DNA from: a candidate division FCPU426 bacterium
GTDB lineage: Bacteria > Oederibacteriota > Muellerivitia > Muellerivitales > Muellerivitaceae
Assembly (NCBI GenBank): GCA_963771075.1
Contig: CAVYSE010000011.1
Coordinates: 224,001 to 288,000 of the forward strand
Direction of reading: 5' to 3'
Length of the DNA stretch: 64,000 nucleotides
A model generated the notes under the pieces. It was not told the origin of the DNA. It made no database searches and saw only the letters and a list, made by a program, of their open reading frames with translations. How positions within the stretch are numbered: position 1 is the first letter of the stretch; the number at the start of each line of letters is the position of its first letter. The position numbers and the translations under genes are program-made. This document shows, piece after piece, positions 47,945 to 57,052 of the stretch.

Positions 47945-50848
47945 ATGGAACCCGTCCGGCGAAACCGACATATTTTGAATGGTTCCTTTTTTGCCATTCT
48001 ACCATTGGCCCTGTTCCTTGGAACGGTTACACCAGCCCGGGCGGCCAACAAAAATTATTGCGTGAACGTCGATTATTCGGCTGTCCCTACCCTGTGTAAT
48101 TACGAGAAGATCACCCTGATCGTCAACGTGGGCACCTGCGCCTCCGTGGCGGTCACGGCCGACGGGGCCGCGGTGACAGGCGCCACCTACAATTCCTCCG
48201 CCGGAACAGCCATGTTCACTACCACGGGCAAATCCATCGTGGTGACCGCGCAAAATTGGACAACGGGCGGGACGGGCGCGGCTACCAAGGCCACGCTCTA
48301 CAATAATTTTCATTGGGCCTACTCCCTCACCTTTGACGATGGCAGGCTCACCCAATACGAATACGGCAAACCTCTTTTGGATGCGTTGGGCTGGAGGGCC
48401 GGGTCGGCGGTTGTAGCTTCCTGGGCCAACACGGGCGGAGGACCCGGGAGCGGCAATTACTATATGAATTGGGCAACCTTGCAGGCCTTGAGAACGGCAG
48501 GATGGGATATCTTCAACCATTCCTACGATCATCCCAGCCCTGGATTGACCTGCACCAACATGGTCACCGAGTTCGGGCAGAACCAAACTTTCCTTCAAAC
48601 CAACTTTCCGGGCTTCAACGTCACCCATGTGGTTTTTCCCTATGAAACCGACGCGGCGCTGCCCTGTACCGGCTTCCCCCCCACCTATATCCTCTCGGGG
48701 GAATGCGGAGGCGGTTCCTATAACTATGTGGATACCAACGTCAATTCCACGCTCATATTCCAACGCGGCGGCATGTTTGGAACCGACGACACCGCTTGGA
48801 AATCGCTGGCGGCCGCCGCGGAAAGCCAGACCCGGTCCACCTGGCTCATTGAATATACCCATAGCGTCTCGCAGGGCAGCGGGGCCGCGGCCGACGCCTA
48901 CAGTACCAACCAGACCACCCTGACGGACCTGTTCAACTACTTGAACACGAATTTCGCCGCCTCGGGCAATAACAGCATGTGGTTCGCGCCCGCCGCGGAA
49001 GTACGGGACTACCTCTTCACCCGGGACAACGCGGTGGTGACCACCTGCACCGTGAATACGCCCACCTTTACCTCCACCCCGAGTTCCACCGCAACAGCGA
49101 CGAGGACGAACACCCCGGCCAATACCGCTACCCTCAACTCGACCCCGACCAAGACCTCCACTCCAACTTCAATCTCAACCTGGACCCCAACCCGAACCAA
49201 TACCCCCACCCAGTCCATGACGCTATCCCCAACGGCGACCTTGACTCCGACCTTTTCTCTTACCCTGACCCGGACCAACACCGTCTCATATACCCCCGCG
49301 AATTCCACCACCGCCACGCCCACCTTGACCAATACCCGGACGCCTACCGCGACTTCAACCAATACGGTGATGAATACTTCCACGGCCACATGGACGATCA
49401 CTGGGACCGCTACCTCGACATTAACCTATACCCCGACGCGAACCTTCACGAATACGGCGACCGCCACCGCCACCAATACCCCCCCGAATACAACCACCCT
49501 GACCCCGACGATTACTTTGACAAGCACCTCGACCGCGACGCGCACCTCGACGGTAACTTCCACTTCCACGGTTACCTCAACCGCCACGAACACATCGGTG
49601 AATTCCACTACCTCCACACCCACCCGTACGGTGACATTGACCTATACTTCGAGTTCTTCTCCCACCGCCTCCCGCACTTTAACCGCATCATCGACTGCCA
49701 CGTCCACGGGCACTTCTACTGCGACGCCCTTGTTTACGGTTTCCATTACCTCCACGGCTTCCGCCACCCCGAGCGCCACACCCACAACGGTTTTTACCCG
49801 GACAGTGACCGAAACCTTGACCCGCACTCCGGTGAACACCCTGACGATCACCTCCACTTCCACCTACCCCGCGACGCCGACCGGAACCTTCACTTCATCA
49901 CCTACCCAACCCCCATCGCCCTCCGAAACCCCCACCTTCTCGTTTACTTCGACGGGGACCGCTTCCGAAACAACCACACCAACGCCGCCTTTTACGCCGA
50001 CACACACGGCAACGTCCGTTTATACGATCACCTACAGCCCGACCCTGAGCTCCACCCCTACCCTAACTGACACCCTGACCTGGACCGCCACTGAAAGCCC
50101 CAACCCTAGCCAAACCCCGACCCCGTCTTTCACCTGGAGTTCGACAGTGGTATTCACCTTGAGCGCCACCCAGACCTTTACCCCCAGTTCTACAGCCTCT
50201 TTCACCCCCACCGGCTCCCACACGGGAACCCCTACGATGACCCCCACGGCTACCCTTTCATTGACACCCACCCTTACCCCAACCTCCAGCTTGACCACCA
50301 CACAAACATGGACCCGAACAACCACCCTGACTCTCACCAACACCGGGACCCCCACGGTAAGTTGCACATCCACCTACACTTCAACCGCCACACCCACCCC
50401 GACCCTTACCCGAACCTATACTTCAACTCCGTTTCCCACGGTCACTTCCACCCCAACCCTCACCTCCACCCTCACGTTTACGGCCACCCTGACCTTCACC
50501 CTTACCCAAACCCATACCCCAACTTCCACCGAGGTTAATACCCATACCGCGACCCCGGTTCCTTCCGTACCGCCGGGCACGTTAGGGCTTTATCCCAACC
50601 CCGTCACGGGACCGACGGTGAATGTCCTTCCCCCGGATTACACGGGGCCCGCGAATGTTCGGGCGGAGATTTTCACGGTGAATTTCCGGAAGGTGTACGA
50701 TCGTACTTTCGATTCCATCCCAACCGGAACGGCTATATCCGTCACTTTGACCAGCTGGGGCGGGAACGGGCTCTCCAATGGGCTTTATTACGTGGTGGTG
50801 ACGGTGGATGGGAAACGAACCATCGGGAAACTCTTGATCTTGAGATAA
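47945..50848 (+). CDS. Secreted CE4 polysaccharide deacetylase + ~510 aa stalk + CTD
   Basis: LTFDDG, NHSYDH, FPY NodB motifs; ends GKLLILR. Confidence 0.87.
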   Translation: MEPVRRNRHILNGSFFAILPLALFLGTVTPARAANKNYCVNVDYSAVPTLCNYEKITLIVNVGTCASVAVTADGAAVTGATYNSSAGTAMFTTTGKSIVVTAQNWTTGGTGAATKATLYNNFHWAYSLTFDDGRLTQYEYGKPLLDALGWRAGSAVVASWANTGGGPGSGNYYMNWATLQALRTAGWDIFNHSYDHPSPGLTCTNMVTEFGQNQTFLQTNFPGFNVTHVVFPYETDAALPCTGFPPTYILSGECGGGSYNYVDTNVNSTLIFQRGGMFGTDDTAWKSLAAAAESQTRSTWLIEYTHSVSQGSGAAADAYSTNQTTLTDLFNYLNTNFAASGNNSMWFAPAAEVRDYLFTRDNAVVTTCTVNTPTFTSTPSSTATATRTNTPANTATLNSTPTKTSTPTSISTWTPTRTNTPTQSMTLSPTATLTPTFSLTLTRTNTVSYTPANSTTATPTLTNTRTPTATSTNTVMNTSTATWTITGTATSTLTYTPTRTFTNTATATATNTPPNTTTLTPTITLTSTSTATRTSTVTSTSTVTSTATNTSVNSTTSTPTRTVTLTYTSSSSPTASRTLTASSTATSTGTSTATPLFTVSITSTASATPSATPTTVFTRTVTETLTRTPVNTLTITSTSTYPATPTGTFTSSPTQPPSPSETPTFSFTSTGTASETTTPTPPFTPTHTATSVYTITYSPTLSSTPTLTDTLTWTATESPNPSQTPTPSFTWSSTVVFTLSATQTFTPSSTASFTPTGSHTGTPTMTPTATLSLTPTLTPTSSLTTTQTWTRTTTLTLTNTGTPTVSCTSTYTSTATPTPTLTRTYTSTPFPTVTSTPTLTSTLTFTATLTFTLTQTHTPTSTEVNTHTATPVPSVPPGTLGLYPNPVTGPTVNVLPPDYTGPANVRAEIFTVNFRKVYDRTFDSIPTGTAISVTLTSWGGNGLSNGLYYVVVTVDGKRTIGKLLILR

Positions 50849-50876
50849 GGAAATGGAAGGGCCAGGGTAAAACTCA

Positions 50877-50904
50877 TCCCCAGCCGGTGGGACCGGGCTG
50901 GGGA
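50877..50904. terminator. Hairpin between convergent genes
   Basis: ATCCCCAGCC...GGCTGGGGAT inverted repeat. Confidence 0.6.
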
Positions 50905-50938
50905 TTATTGTTTTTGGGGAAAATCAACAGTTAAGGGA

Positions 50939-52276
50939 TCAGGGATTCGGCGGGGGAATCGTGCCCGCTCCCGGATCCTCAGTTGGAATCGTCCCGGGTT
51001 GCATCGCGGTGGTTTCCAGCGGGTTCCCCTGCAGGTCGAAATAGTTCAGGGTGCCGTCCGAAAGGGTTACGTCGATCTCCATGGCCCCCCCATCCCCCGG
51101 GTCCACGAATTCCACCTTTTGAACCTTGGAAGCCAGGTAAACGGGGTTGAAGTCGGGGGGTACGGCCGTGTCGTAAAGAAACGCGTCCTGGCCCGCGCCC
51201 ATTACCTTAACCACCCTTGTTCCATCGGCGTTGGCGGTTACCACCGGGTTGGGCAGGCCCACGGTGGTGACCTCGACCTGGTCGTTGGCGGAATTGCAGG
51301 GGATGTATTGTGCCCCGTTGTAAAAATACAAGTCGCCCACATGGTAGGGGTCCTGCCACCACCACCACCCGTCATTCCAAAAGCACCAGCGGTTGAAATC
51401 CGAGTCGTACCACCACCAATGGTCACCGTAGCAACGGGTCCAGAAATAGCTGCCGCCCGAATACCAGCCGTACCATTGATTGCCCGAGGCGTCGAGAAAA
51501 TGGCAAATATTGAAGCTTTTGTCCTTGTGCCAGTAGTAATGGTTCGGTTTCACCTCGGACAGGTTCCATTGGTTGATGGACTTGCGCCAGGGGTCCTGGT
51601 CGATCAGCGACATGGGGCCCCGCACCAACTCGTCATTATATTCCCGGGGGGACATGGGCTTGGCCGCCAGGGACCGGTGATCGGGGCCTTTGCGGGGCGC
51701 GCGGATGATGGAATGGGCCCGGTCGTCGTCCAATAGCTGGGCGCGGTTGGCGAGGGGGTAGGGGATGCTGGCCACCCCGAGTTTTTGAAGTTTTTTCCGA
51801 ACGTAGCCGGGTTGATAGGGGTGGTGCTGGTGGTGGGCGCTGCTCCTCACGGTAGGGGCGCCGGTTGGGGAGCCGGAGTCCGCCGGGTTGATACGCAGGG
51901 TCGTGTCGGAGGTGGCGTTCAGGTCCTGGGGGACGAACTCGGTTTGGACCTGGGGCGCATAGACTTGGCTGTCCCAGGTTCCGCTGGGTTGGCTAACGTC
52001 GATCTGAACCGCCCGGCTTTCGTTCCATTGGTTGATGGGTGTGGAGGGCCGGACGGGACGGGGAATCGAGAAATTAGTACCCGCCGAAGGCCGGGACACC
52101 GGTATGGGCCTTGCCGGGGATTGGGTTTGGACTTGAGGTTGCGGCTTGGTGACCGCCTGGGGGATGGCGGTGGGCTGGTCTTTAACCGGCGCGGGCCGGT
52201 TCACCTGCTGGGCCCAAAGGAAAGAGGGGAAAGACGCCCCCAAAATTAAAAGACCCGATGCGAACCAACGGTTCAT
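50939..52276 (-). CDS. Hypothetical secreted protein with Pro/Gln-rich N-terminus and Trp-rich domain
   Basis: SD GAGGAG; signal peptide ending LWA; WYGWY...WWWY...WCFWNDGWWWWQD. Confidence 0.8.
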   Translation of the reverse strand: MNRWFASGLLILGASFPSFLWAQQVNRPAPVKDQPTAIPQAVTKPQPQVQTQSPARPIPVSRPSAGTNFSIPRPVRPSTPINQWNESRAVQIDVSQPSGTWDSQVYAPQVQTEFVPQDLNATSDTTLRINPADSGSPTGAPTVRSSAHHQHHPYQPGYVRKKLQKLGVASIPYPLANRAQLLDDDRAHSIIRAPRKGPDHRSLAAKPMSPREYNDELVRGPMSLIDQDPWRKSINQWNLSEVKPNHYYWHKDKSFNICHFLDASGNQWYGWYSGGSYFWTRCYGDHWWWYDSDFNRWCFWNDGWWWWQDPYHVGDLYFYNGAQYIPCNSANDQVEVTTVGLPNPVVTANADGTRVVKVMGAGQDAFLYDTAVPPDFNPVYLASKVQKVEFVDPGDGGAMEIDVTLSDGTLNYFDLQGNPLETTAMQPGTIPTEDPGAGTIPPPNP

Positions 52277-52364
52277 GGAAAACACTCCTCTTCAGCGATC
52301 CAACGGTAGGATAGGGTTTAGACGCCTTTCAGAGGGCCTTCCCCCCGCCGGTTAGAAGGCCATC

Positions 52365-52772
52365 CTATAGCAGGCCGATGGCCTTTTTCCATTCGGGAGT
52401 GGGGCGAATGAGTTTACGGGTTTTCAAGTCAAATAAGCCGATCACAAAGGTTCCTTCCGCGCCGACCTGCCCGTCCTCTTTCACCATTTCCTGGTAAACG
52501 AAACTGAGCAGGCCCTTTTGTTCCTGAAGGCGGGTCGTGACGAGGATCTTTTCCCTTAATTTGATTTCCCGCTTAAAACGGATGGAGGCCTCTAAAAGCA
52601 CCGGGCCGAACCCGTAACCTTGGATCTTCTCAACCCCGAATCCGTTCGGGGTAATCCATTCCCAACGGGCTTCCTCAAAGAGCACCATATAGGCTGCGTT
52701 GTTGACGTGTCCATAGGCGTCCAGGTGCTGTTCCCGGATGATGATTTCGTGAATGTGCCCGGAAGAGGCCAT
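52365..52772 (-). CDS. Acyl-CoA thioesterase (4HBT/YbgC hotdog fold)
   Basis: HLDAYGHVNNAAY...FEEAR. Confidence 0.9.
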   Translation of the reverse strand: MASSGHIHEIIIREQHLDAYGHVNNAAYMVLFEEARWEWITPNGFGVEKIQGYGFGPVLLEASIRFKREIKLREKILVTTRLQEQKGLLSFVYQEMVKEDGQVGAEGTFVIGLFDLKTRKLIRPTPEWKKAIGLL

Positions 52773-52853
52773 TGGCGTTCCTTCGTTTGGGTGGTTCAAA
52801 TGAGCGCCCCTTTTCCTGTCTATTCCCGCGCGAATTAGTTTTATTTGGTTAAA

Positions 52854-52889
52854 TCTTAACGGAATTTTAATGGGCCTCCCCAGTAAAAT
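52854..52889 (+). promoter_or_regulatory. Putative KdpE-type direct-repeat box plus -10 (copy 1)
   Basis: TCTTAAC-GGAA-TTTTAAT, 12 nt, then TAAAAT. Confidence 0.6.
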
Positions 52890-52921
52890 CCGAATGAGTT
52901 TACTTAATGGGGAGGTAAAAC

Positions 52922-52993
52922 ATGGATGCCATCTATTCCGTTGTCATCATGGTTGGGTTACTAGCCTTGTCGATCTATTACCTAAACAGCTAA
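52922..52993 (+). CDS. Unannotated 23 aa membrane micropeptide MDAIYSVVIMVGLLALSIYYLNS
   Basis: SD GGGGAGGT; single hydrophobic helix; terminator hairpin at ~53012-53046; paralog at 57053. Confidence 0.7.
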   Translation: MDAIYSVVIMVGLLALSIYYLNS

Positions 52994-53071
52994 AACCCCC
53001 TTTGAATGATCAAAAAGGCTCCCTGTCCAAGCGGGGGGCCTTTTTGTTTGGTAGTGGTTCATTTTGAATAA

Positions 53072-53159
53072 TTCCCCACTTTGAAAGGGGGGACAGGAGG
53101 GTATTAGACTTTAACGACAAGGCTAACTCCCCCTTAATCCCCCTCTTTCAGAGGGGGAA
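53072..53159. repeat. Inverted pair of REP-like palindromes
   Basis: TTCCCCACTTTGAAAGGGGGGACAGGAGGG ... CCCCCTTAATCCCCCTCTTTCAGAGGGGGAA. Confidence 0.55.
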
Positions 53160-53258
53160 AAAGAAGGCCCGCCATCAAACTGATCCACTACCTTTTGTTT
53201 TAAGTCGCCGCGTTGAAATCCCCGGCTTTAGCCGGGGACGTGCGAATTACGCACGAGG

Positions 53259-53954
53259 TTATTCCACCTTCAGGCGGTAACCCACGCCCGATTCGGTGAG
53301 GATATACTGGGGCCGGTCGGGGTCGGCCTCGATCTTGTGGCGTAATTGATAGATATATATGCGGAGGTACTGGATCTGGTCCCCGCTGGCGGGCCCCCAA
53401 ACTTCCTTCAAAATTTGTTTCTGGGTCACGACTTTGCCCGCGAATCGAATCAAAACCGCCAACAAATCGTATTCGTTGGGGGTTAGGTGCACTTCCTGCC
53501 CCCGGACTGTCACCACCCTAGCGGCCATGTCCACCCTGAAATCGGGCGTCTCGAACACTGATTCTTCCCGGCCCTGCTTGACTCTTTGGGAATGCCGCAA
53601 GGCAACCCGAAGGCGGGCCATAAGCTCCCCCACGCCGAAGGGCTTGGTCAGGTAGTCGTCGGCCCCCGCGTCCAGCCCGGCGATCTTGTCTTTTTCCTTG
53701 CCCCGGGCGGTGATAATGATCACGGGTACCGTGGACCATTCCCGGAGCCGCCTCAAGACCTCCAGGCCATCCAGGTCGGGAAGCCCCAAGTCCAAAAGTA
53801 CCAGGTCGGGGTTATGGGAACTGGCCAAGGATAGGCCTTCTTCCCCGGTTTCCGCCTCCAGGAACTTGAATCCCTGGCTGGTCAGGGTGGGCTTCAGGAA
53901 GCGGCGAATAGGTTGTTCATCCTCAATGAGTAAAATGGTTCCCGTATCGACCAT
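53259..53954 (-). CDS. kdpE: KdpE response regulator (copy 1)
   Basis: IEDE, LLDLGLPD, GADDYLTKPF, VHLTPNEY, EVWG, TESGVGYR; SD AAGGAG before ATG 53954. Confidence 0.92.
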   Translation of the reverse strand: MVDTGTILLIEDEQPIRRFLKPTLTSQGFKFLEAETGEEGLSLASSHNPDLVLLDLGLPDLDGLEVLRRLREWSTVPVIIITARGKEKDKIAGLDAGADDYLTKPFGVGELMARLRVALRHSQRVKQGREESVFETPDFRVDMAARVVTVRGQEVHLTPNEYDLLAVLIRFAGKVVTQKQILKEVWGPASGDQIQYLRIYIYQLRHKIEADPDRPQYILTESGVGYRLKVE

Positions 53955-54052
53955 AAGGTCTCCTTGATACCGCGACTGGTCCCCGTTTTGGTGAGTCGGT
54001 TCCAAACTATTTCTCCCCTTATTTTATGAAGAAACAAACGGCTTCGCCCGGA

Positions 54053-56740
54053 TTAATCCGCCTTTTCCGGCGGCGGCTGGAGCGGAATGGTAAAGCGGAA
54101 GACCGCCCCGCCCCCCGGCCGGTTCCTCGCTTGGATGGAACCTCCGTGGATTTCCACGATGCCCTTGCAGATCGCCAGCCCTAACCCCGCCCCTCCGCGC
54201 TTTTCCTTTTGGGGACCGCGATAGAATTTTTCGAACACTTTTTCCAGGTCCTCTTCGGGAAGCCCGGGGCCCTTGTCCATGACCTCGACCGCCACTTGCC
54301 CCTCTTCCAGCCGGAGGGATATCTCGATGGGGTTTTCGGCGGGCGTGTATTTGATGGCGTTTTCGACCAGGTTCACCAATACCTGCTCGATCAGCAAGGC
54401 GTCCATGGGCACCAGGGGCAGGTCGGGTTCGATATGGGTCTCCAGCTTCCGGTCCCCCAGCTTTTTCTCCAGCCGCATGATGGCCGAACCCACGACTTCC
54501 CCGGGGTACTGTTGTTCCAGGCGGGGTTTCACCGCCTTGGCCTCGAGTTTGGTCATTTCCAACAGGTTGTTCACCAGGCGTTCCAGCCGCTCGCTTTCGT
54601 CGTAAACATTCAAGAGCAGGTCGCTCCGGGTGCCCTCGTCCATTTTCTTGCCGTTCTCCAAAAGGCTGGAAATGGAACCCGTGATGGCGGCCAGGGGAGT
54701 GCGCAGGTCGTGGGAAAGGGAACTCAGGAGGGAACTGCGAAGCTTCTCCGCCTCCATCTGCATTTGGGTGTCCCTTTGCTTGTCCTCCAGCTTGTCCCCG
54801 GCCACGGCCAGGGCGGTCTGGTGGGCGAAAGCCTCCAACAAATGCAATTGCTCGGGGATGAAAAGCCGGTCGGCTTCCTTCGGCTTGACCCCCAACGCGC
54901 CTACGGGAGCGCCGGAAGCCAGCAAGGGCACGTAAAGAGCCTCGGTGGAAGGCAGGGTGTCGGTGCCCCGTCCGGCCATCTGGCCCAGGTCATAGGCCCA
55001 GTGGGCCACGCCTATTTCTTTCGGGGTGAGGTCGAAATCCTTCTGGTCGCCGCATTGGATCTTCAGGCGGCCCTCCGCGTCGGGCAGGAAGGCGATGACG
55101 GAACTTTCAAACACTTCGGCGATGTGCTTCACGGCGATTTCCAGGAGCTCGGCCGTGCCGCGGGTGGAGGCCAGTTCCCGGGAAAGGGCGTAGAGGGCGG
55201 CGGTGCGCCGTTCCCTCAGGCGGGAAACCTGGGCCTGGCGCCGGACCCTCACCGTCAGGTTGCTGATGGAAAGTCCCACCAATAACATCACCAGGAACAT
55301 GAATAAATATTGGGTGTCACTCACCGCGAAGGAAAACCGGGGCGGAACGAAAAAGAAATCGAAAGCGATGACGCTCAAAAAGGACGCCATGGTCGAGGGC
55401 CCGAAACCCAGTTTCGAGGACACGGCCAGGATGCCCAGAAGATAGACCATGATGAGGTTGGCTAGGTCCACGCCGGGGTAAAAGATCCAGGCCAGGCCGG
55501 TGCTGAGCCCCACGGCCAGGAGGGCCCAAAAATAACCCGCGGGTTTGAAGACGGCGCGGGCGCCCGGGGAGGCGGCGGCCCTTTTTTCCCGGGGGTCGGC
55601 CGATTCCCCCTGGGTTGTGTAGACATCGATGTCGCCGCTGAGACGGATCAAGAGGTCAATGGGGGAGGGCCGAAACAGGGATAGCCAGCCTCGCTTCAAG
55701 GGCTTTCCCACGAATATCTTGGTGACATTTCGGTGACGGGCGTAATCCATGACCTCTTCGGCGAAGAAGGATCCGCTGACAACGGCTGTTTCCGCCCCCA
55801 ACTGCTCGGCCAGGCGAAGGTTCTGGATGGCCTTGGAGCGGGTTTCATCCCCCTGGCGGGCCAGGTTCGGCGTTTCCACATAAAGGGCGATCCAGGGGGA
55901 CCTGAGGCTTTTCGCCATGCGGTGGGTGGCGCGCACCAGGCTGGCCGAGGAAGGGCTCGGCCCCACGCAAACCAGCAGGCGGTCCGCCGTCGCCCAGGTT
56001 TGGGTGATGGATTTGTCCCGGCGGTACACCTGAACCTGGTCGTTGACCCGGTCGGCGGTGGTCCTGAGGGCGATTTCCCTAAGGGCGATCAAGTTGCCCT
56101 TGCGGAAGAAATTCTGGGAAGCACGTTGGGCCGCGTCCGGCAGGTAGACTTTGCCGTCCCCCAGGCGCTTCAAAAGGTCGTCCGGCGGCAGGTCGATCAG
56201 CTCCACCTCATCCGCCATCTGCATGACCTTGTCGGGAAGGGTTTCCCGCACCACGATTCCCGTGATCTGGGCAACGATGTCGTTGAGGCTTTCCAGGTGC
56301 TGGACATTCAGGGTCGAGTAGACGTTCACGCCCAAATCCAGCAATTCCTGCACGTCCTGCCAGCGTTTCAGATGGCGGGATCCTTCCGCGTTGGTATGGG
56401 CCAGTTCATCCACCAGGAGCAGGCCGGGTTTGCGCGCCAGGGCGCCGTCGATGTCGAATTCATCCAGGCGGGTCCCGCGGTAGTCCACTTCCCGGGGAGG
56501 AAGAACCTCCAGGCCCGCCACCAGGGCGGCCGTTTCCTTCCGGCCGTGTGTCTCCACGAGGCCCACCACCACGTCCAGCCCTTCGGCCTTTTTGGCGCGG
56601 GCGGCCTCCAGCATGGAATAGGTCTTGCCCACGCCCGGGCAGGCACCGAAAAATATCTTCAGTTTCCCCTTTTTCTGGGCTAATTCTTCCGCCTGGACTT
56701 TTTCTAAGAGCTTGTCCGGGTCGGGTCTTTGGTTGTTCAT
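54053..56740 (-). CDS. kdpD: KdpD sensor histidine kinase (copy 1)
   Basis: RPDPD, PGVGKT, ETHGRKET, VDELAHTN, Usp domain, 4 TM, GAF, SHDLRTPL, HATPase. Confidence 0.95.
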   Translation of the reverse strand: MNNQRPDPDKLLEKVQAEELAQKKGKLKIFFGACPGVGKTYSMLEAARAKKAEGLDVVVGLVETHGRKETAALVAGLEVLPPREVDYRGTRLDEFDIDGALARKPGLLLVDELAHTNAEGSRHLKRWQDVQELLDLGVNVYSTLNVQHLESLNDIVAQITGIVVRETLPDKVMQMADEVELIDLPPDDLLKRLGDGKVYLPDAAQRASQNFFRKGNLIALREIALRTTADRVNDQVQVYRRDKSITQTWATADRLLVCVGPSPSSASLVRATHRMAKSLRSPWIALYVETPNLARQGDETRSKAIQNLRLAEQLGAETAVVSGSFFAEEVMDYARHRNVTKIFVGKPLKRGWLSLFRPSPIDLLIRLSGDIDVYTTQGESADPREKRAAASPGARAVFKPAGYFWALLAVGLSTGLAWIFYPGVDLANLIMVYLLGILAVSSKLGFGPSTMASFLSVIAFDFFFVPPRFSFAVSDTQYLFMFLVMLLVGLSISNLTVRVRRQAQVSRLRERRTAALYALSRELASTRGTAELLEIAVKHIAEVFESSVIAFLPDAEGRLKIQCGDQKDFDLTPKEIGVAHWAYDLGQMAGRGTDTLPSTEALYVPLLASGAPVGALGVKPKEADRLFIPEQLHLLEAFAHQTALAVAGDKLEDKQRDTQMQMEAEKLRSSLLSSLSHDLRTPLAAITGSISSLLENGKKMDEGTRSDLLLNVYDESERLERLVNNLLEMTKLEAKAVKPRLEQQYPGEVVGSAIMRLEKKLGDRKLETHIEPDLPLVPMDALLIEQVLVNLVENAIKYTPAENPIEISLRLEEGQVAVEVMDKGPGLPEEDLEKVFEKFYRGPQKEKRGGAGLGLAICKGIVEIHGGSIQARNRPGGGAVFRFTIPLQPPPEKAD

Positions 56741-56944
56741 GGAAAACACCTAAGGCCAAAAAAGTTAAACCCAATCCAACAAAAAGCCGCTATGCCACAA
56801 GGAAAACCCAAACCCACCCCCGGGTGCCTCGTATTTACTCATTTTCACTTTAAACGGATCTTCGTGCCTTTGTGTTGAAACTTCCTAGCTTAATTTTACC
56901 CTTCAAATCCGGGGGGGAACAGGGGAAGCATCGAAACTTGAGTG

Positions 56945-57012
56945 TTTTAATTTTTCCTTAATTGTTAGTGAAACCCTCTTAACAGCATCTTAATTGGCCG
57001 TTCATTTATCAT
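56945..57012 (+). promoter_or_regulatory. Putative KdpE-type box (four phased heptamers) plus -10 (copy 2)
   Basis: TTTTAAT 56945, CCTTAAT 56956, TCTTAAC 56977, TCTTAAT 56988, 12 nt, then TATCAT at 57007. Confidence 0.6.
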
Positions 57013-57052
57013 TCGCCTCGAGGTTCGAATTGATCCCTAGGGGAGGTTTGGC

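Noticed and set aside
30078..50538. Many Val/Gly-rich minus-strand ORFs and His/Asp/Pro-rich alternative-frame ORFs
   Set aside because: They are shadows of the ACN (Thr) codon stalks, with no independent start signals or domains.
29920..50580. Repetitive DNA considered as a CRISPR array or VNTR
   Set aside because: No constant repeat with unique spacers and no cas genes; the repetitiveness is coding low complexity.
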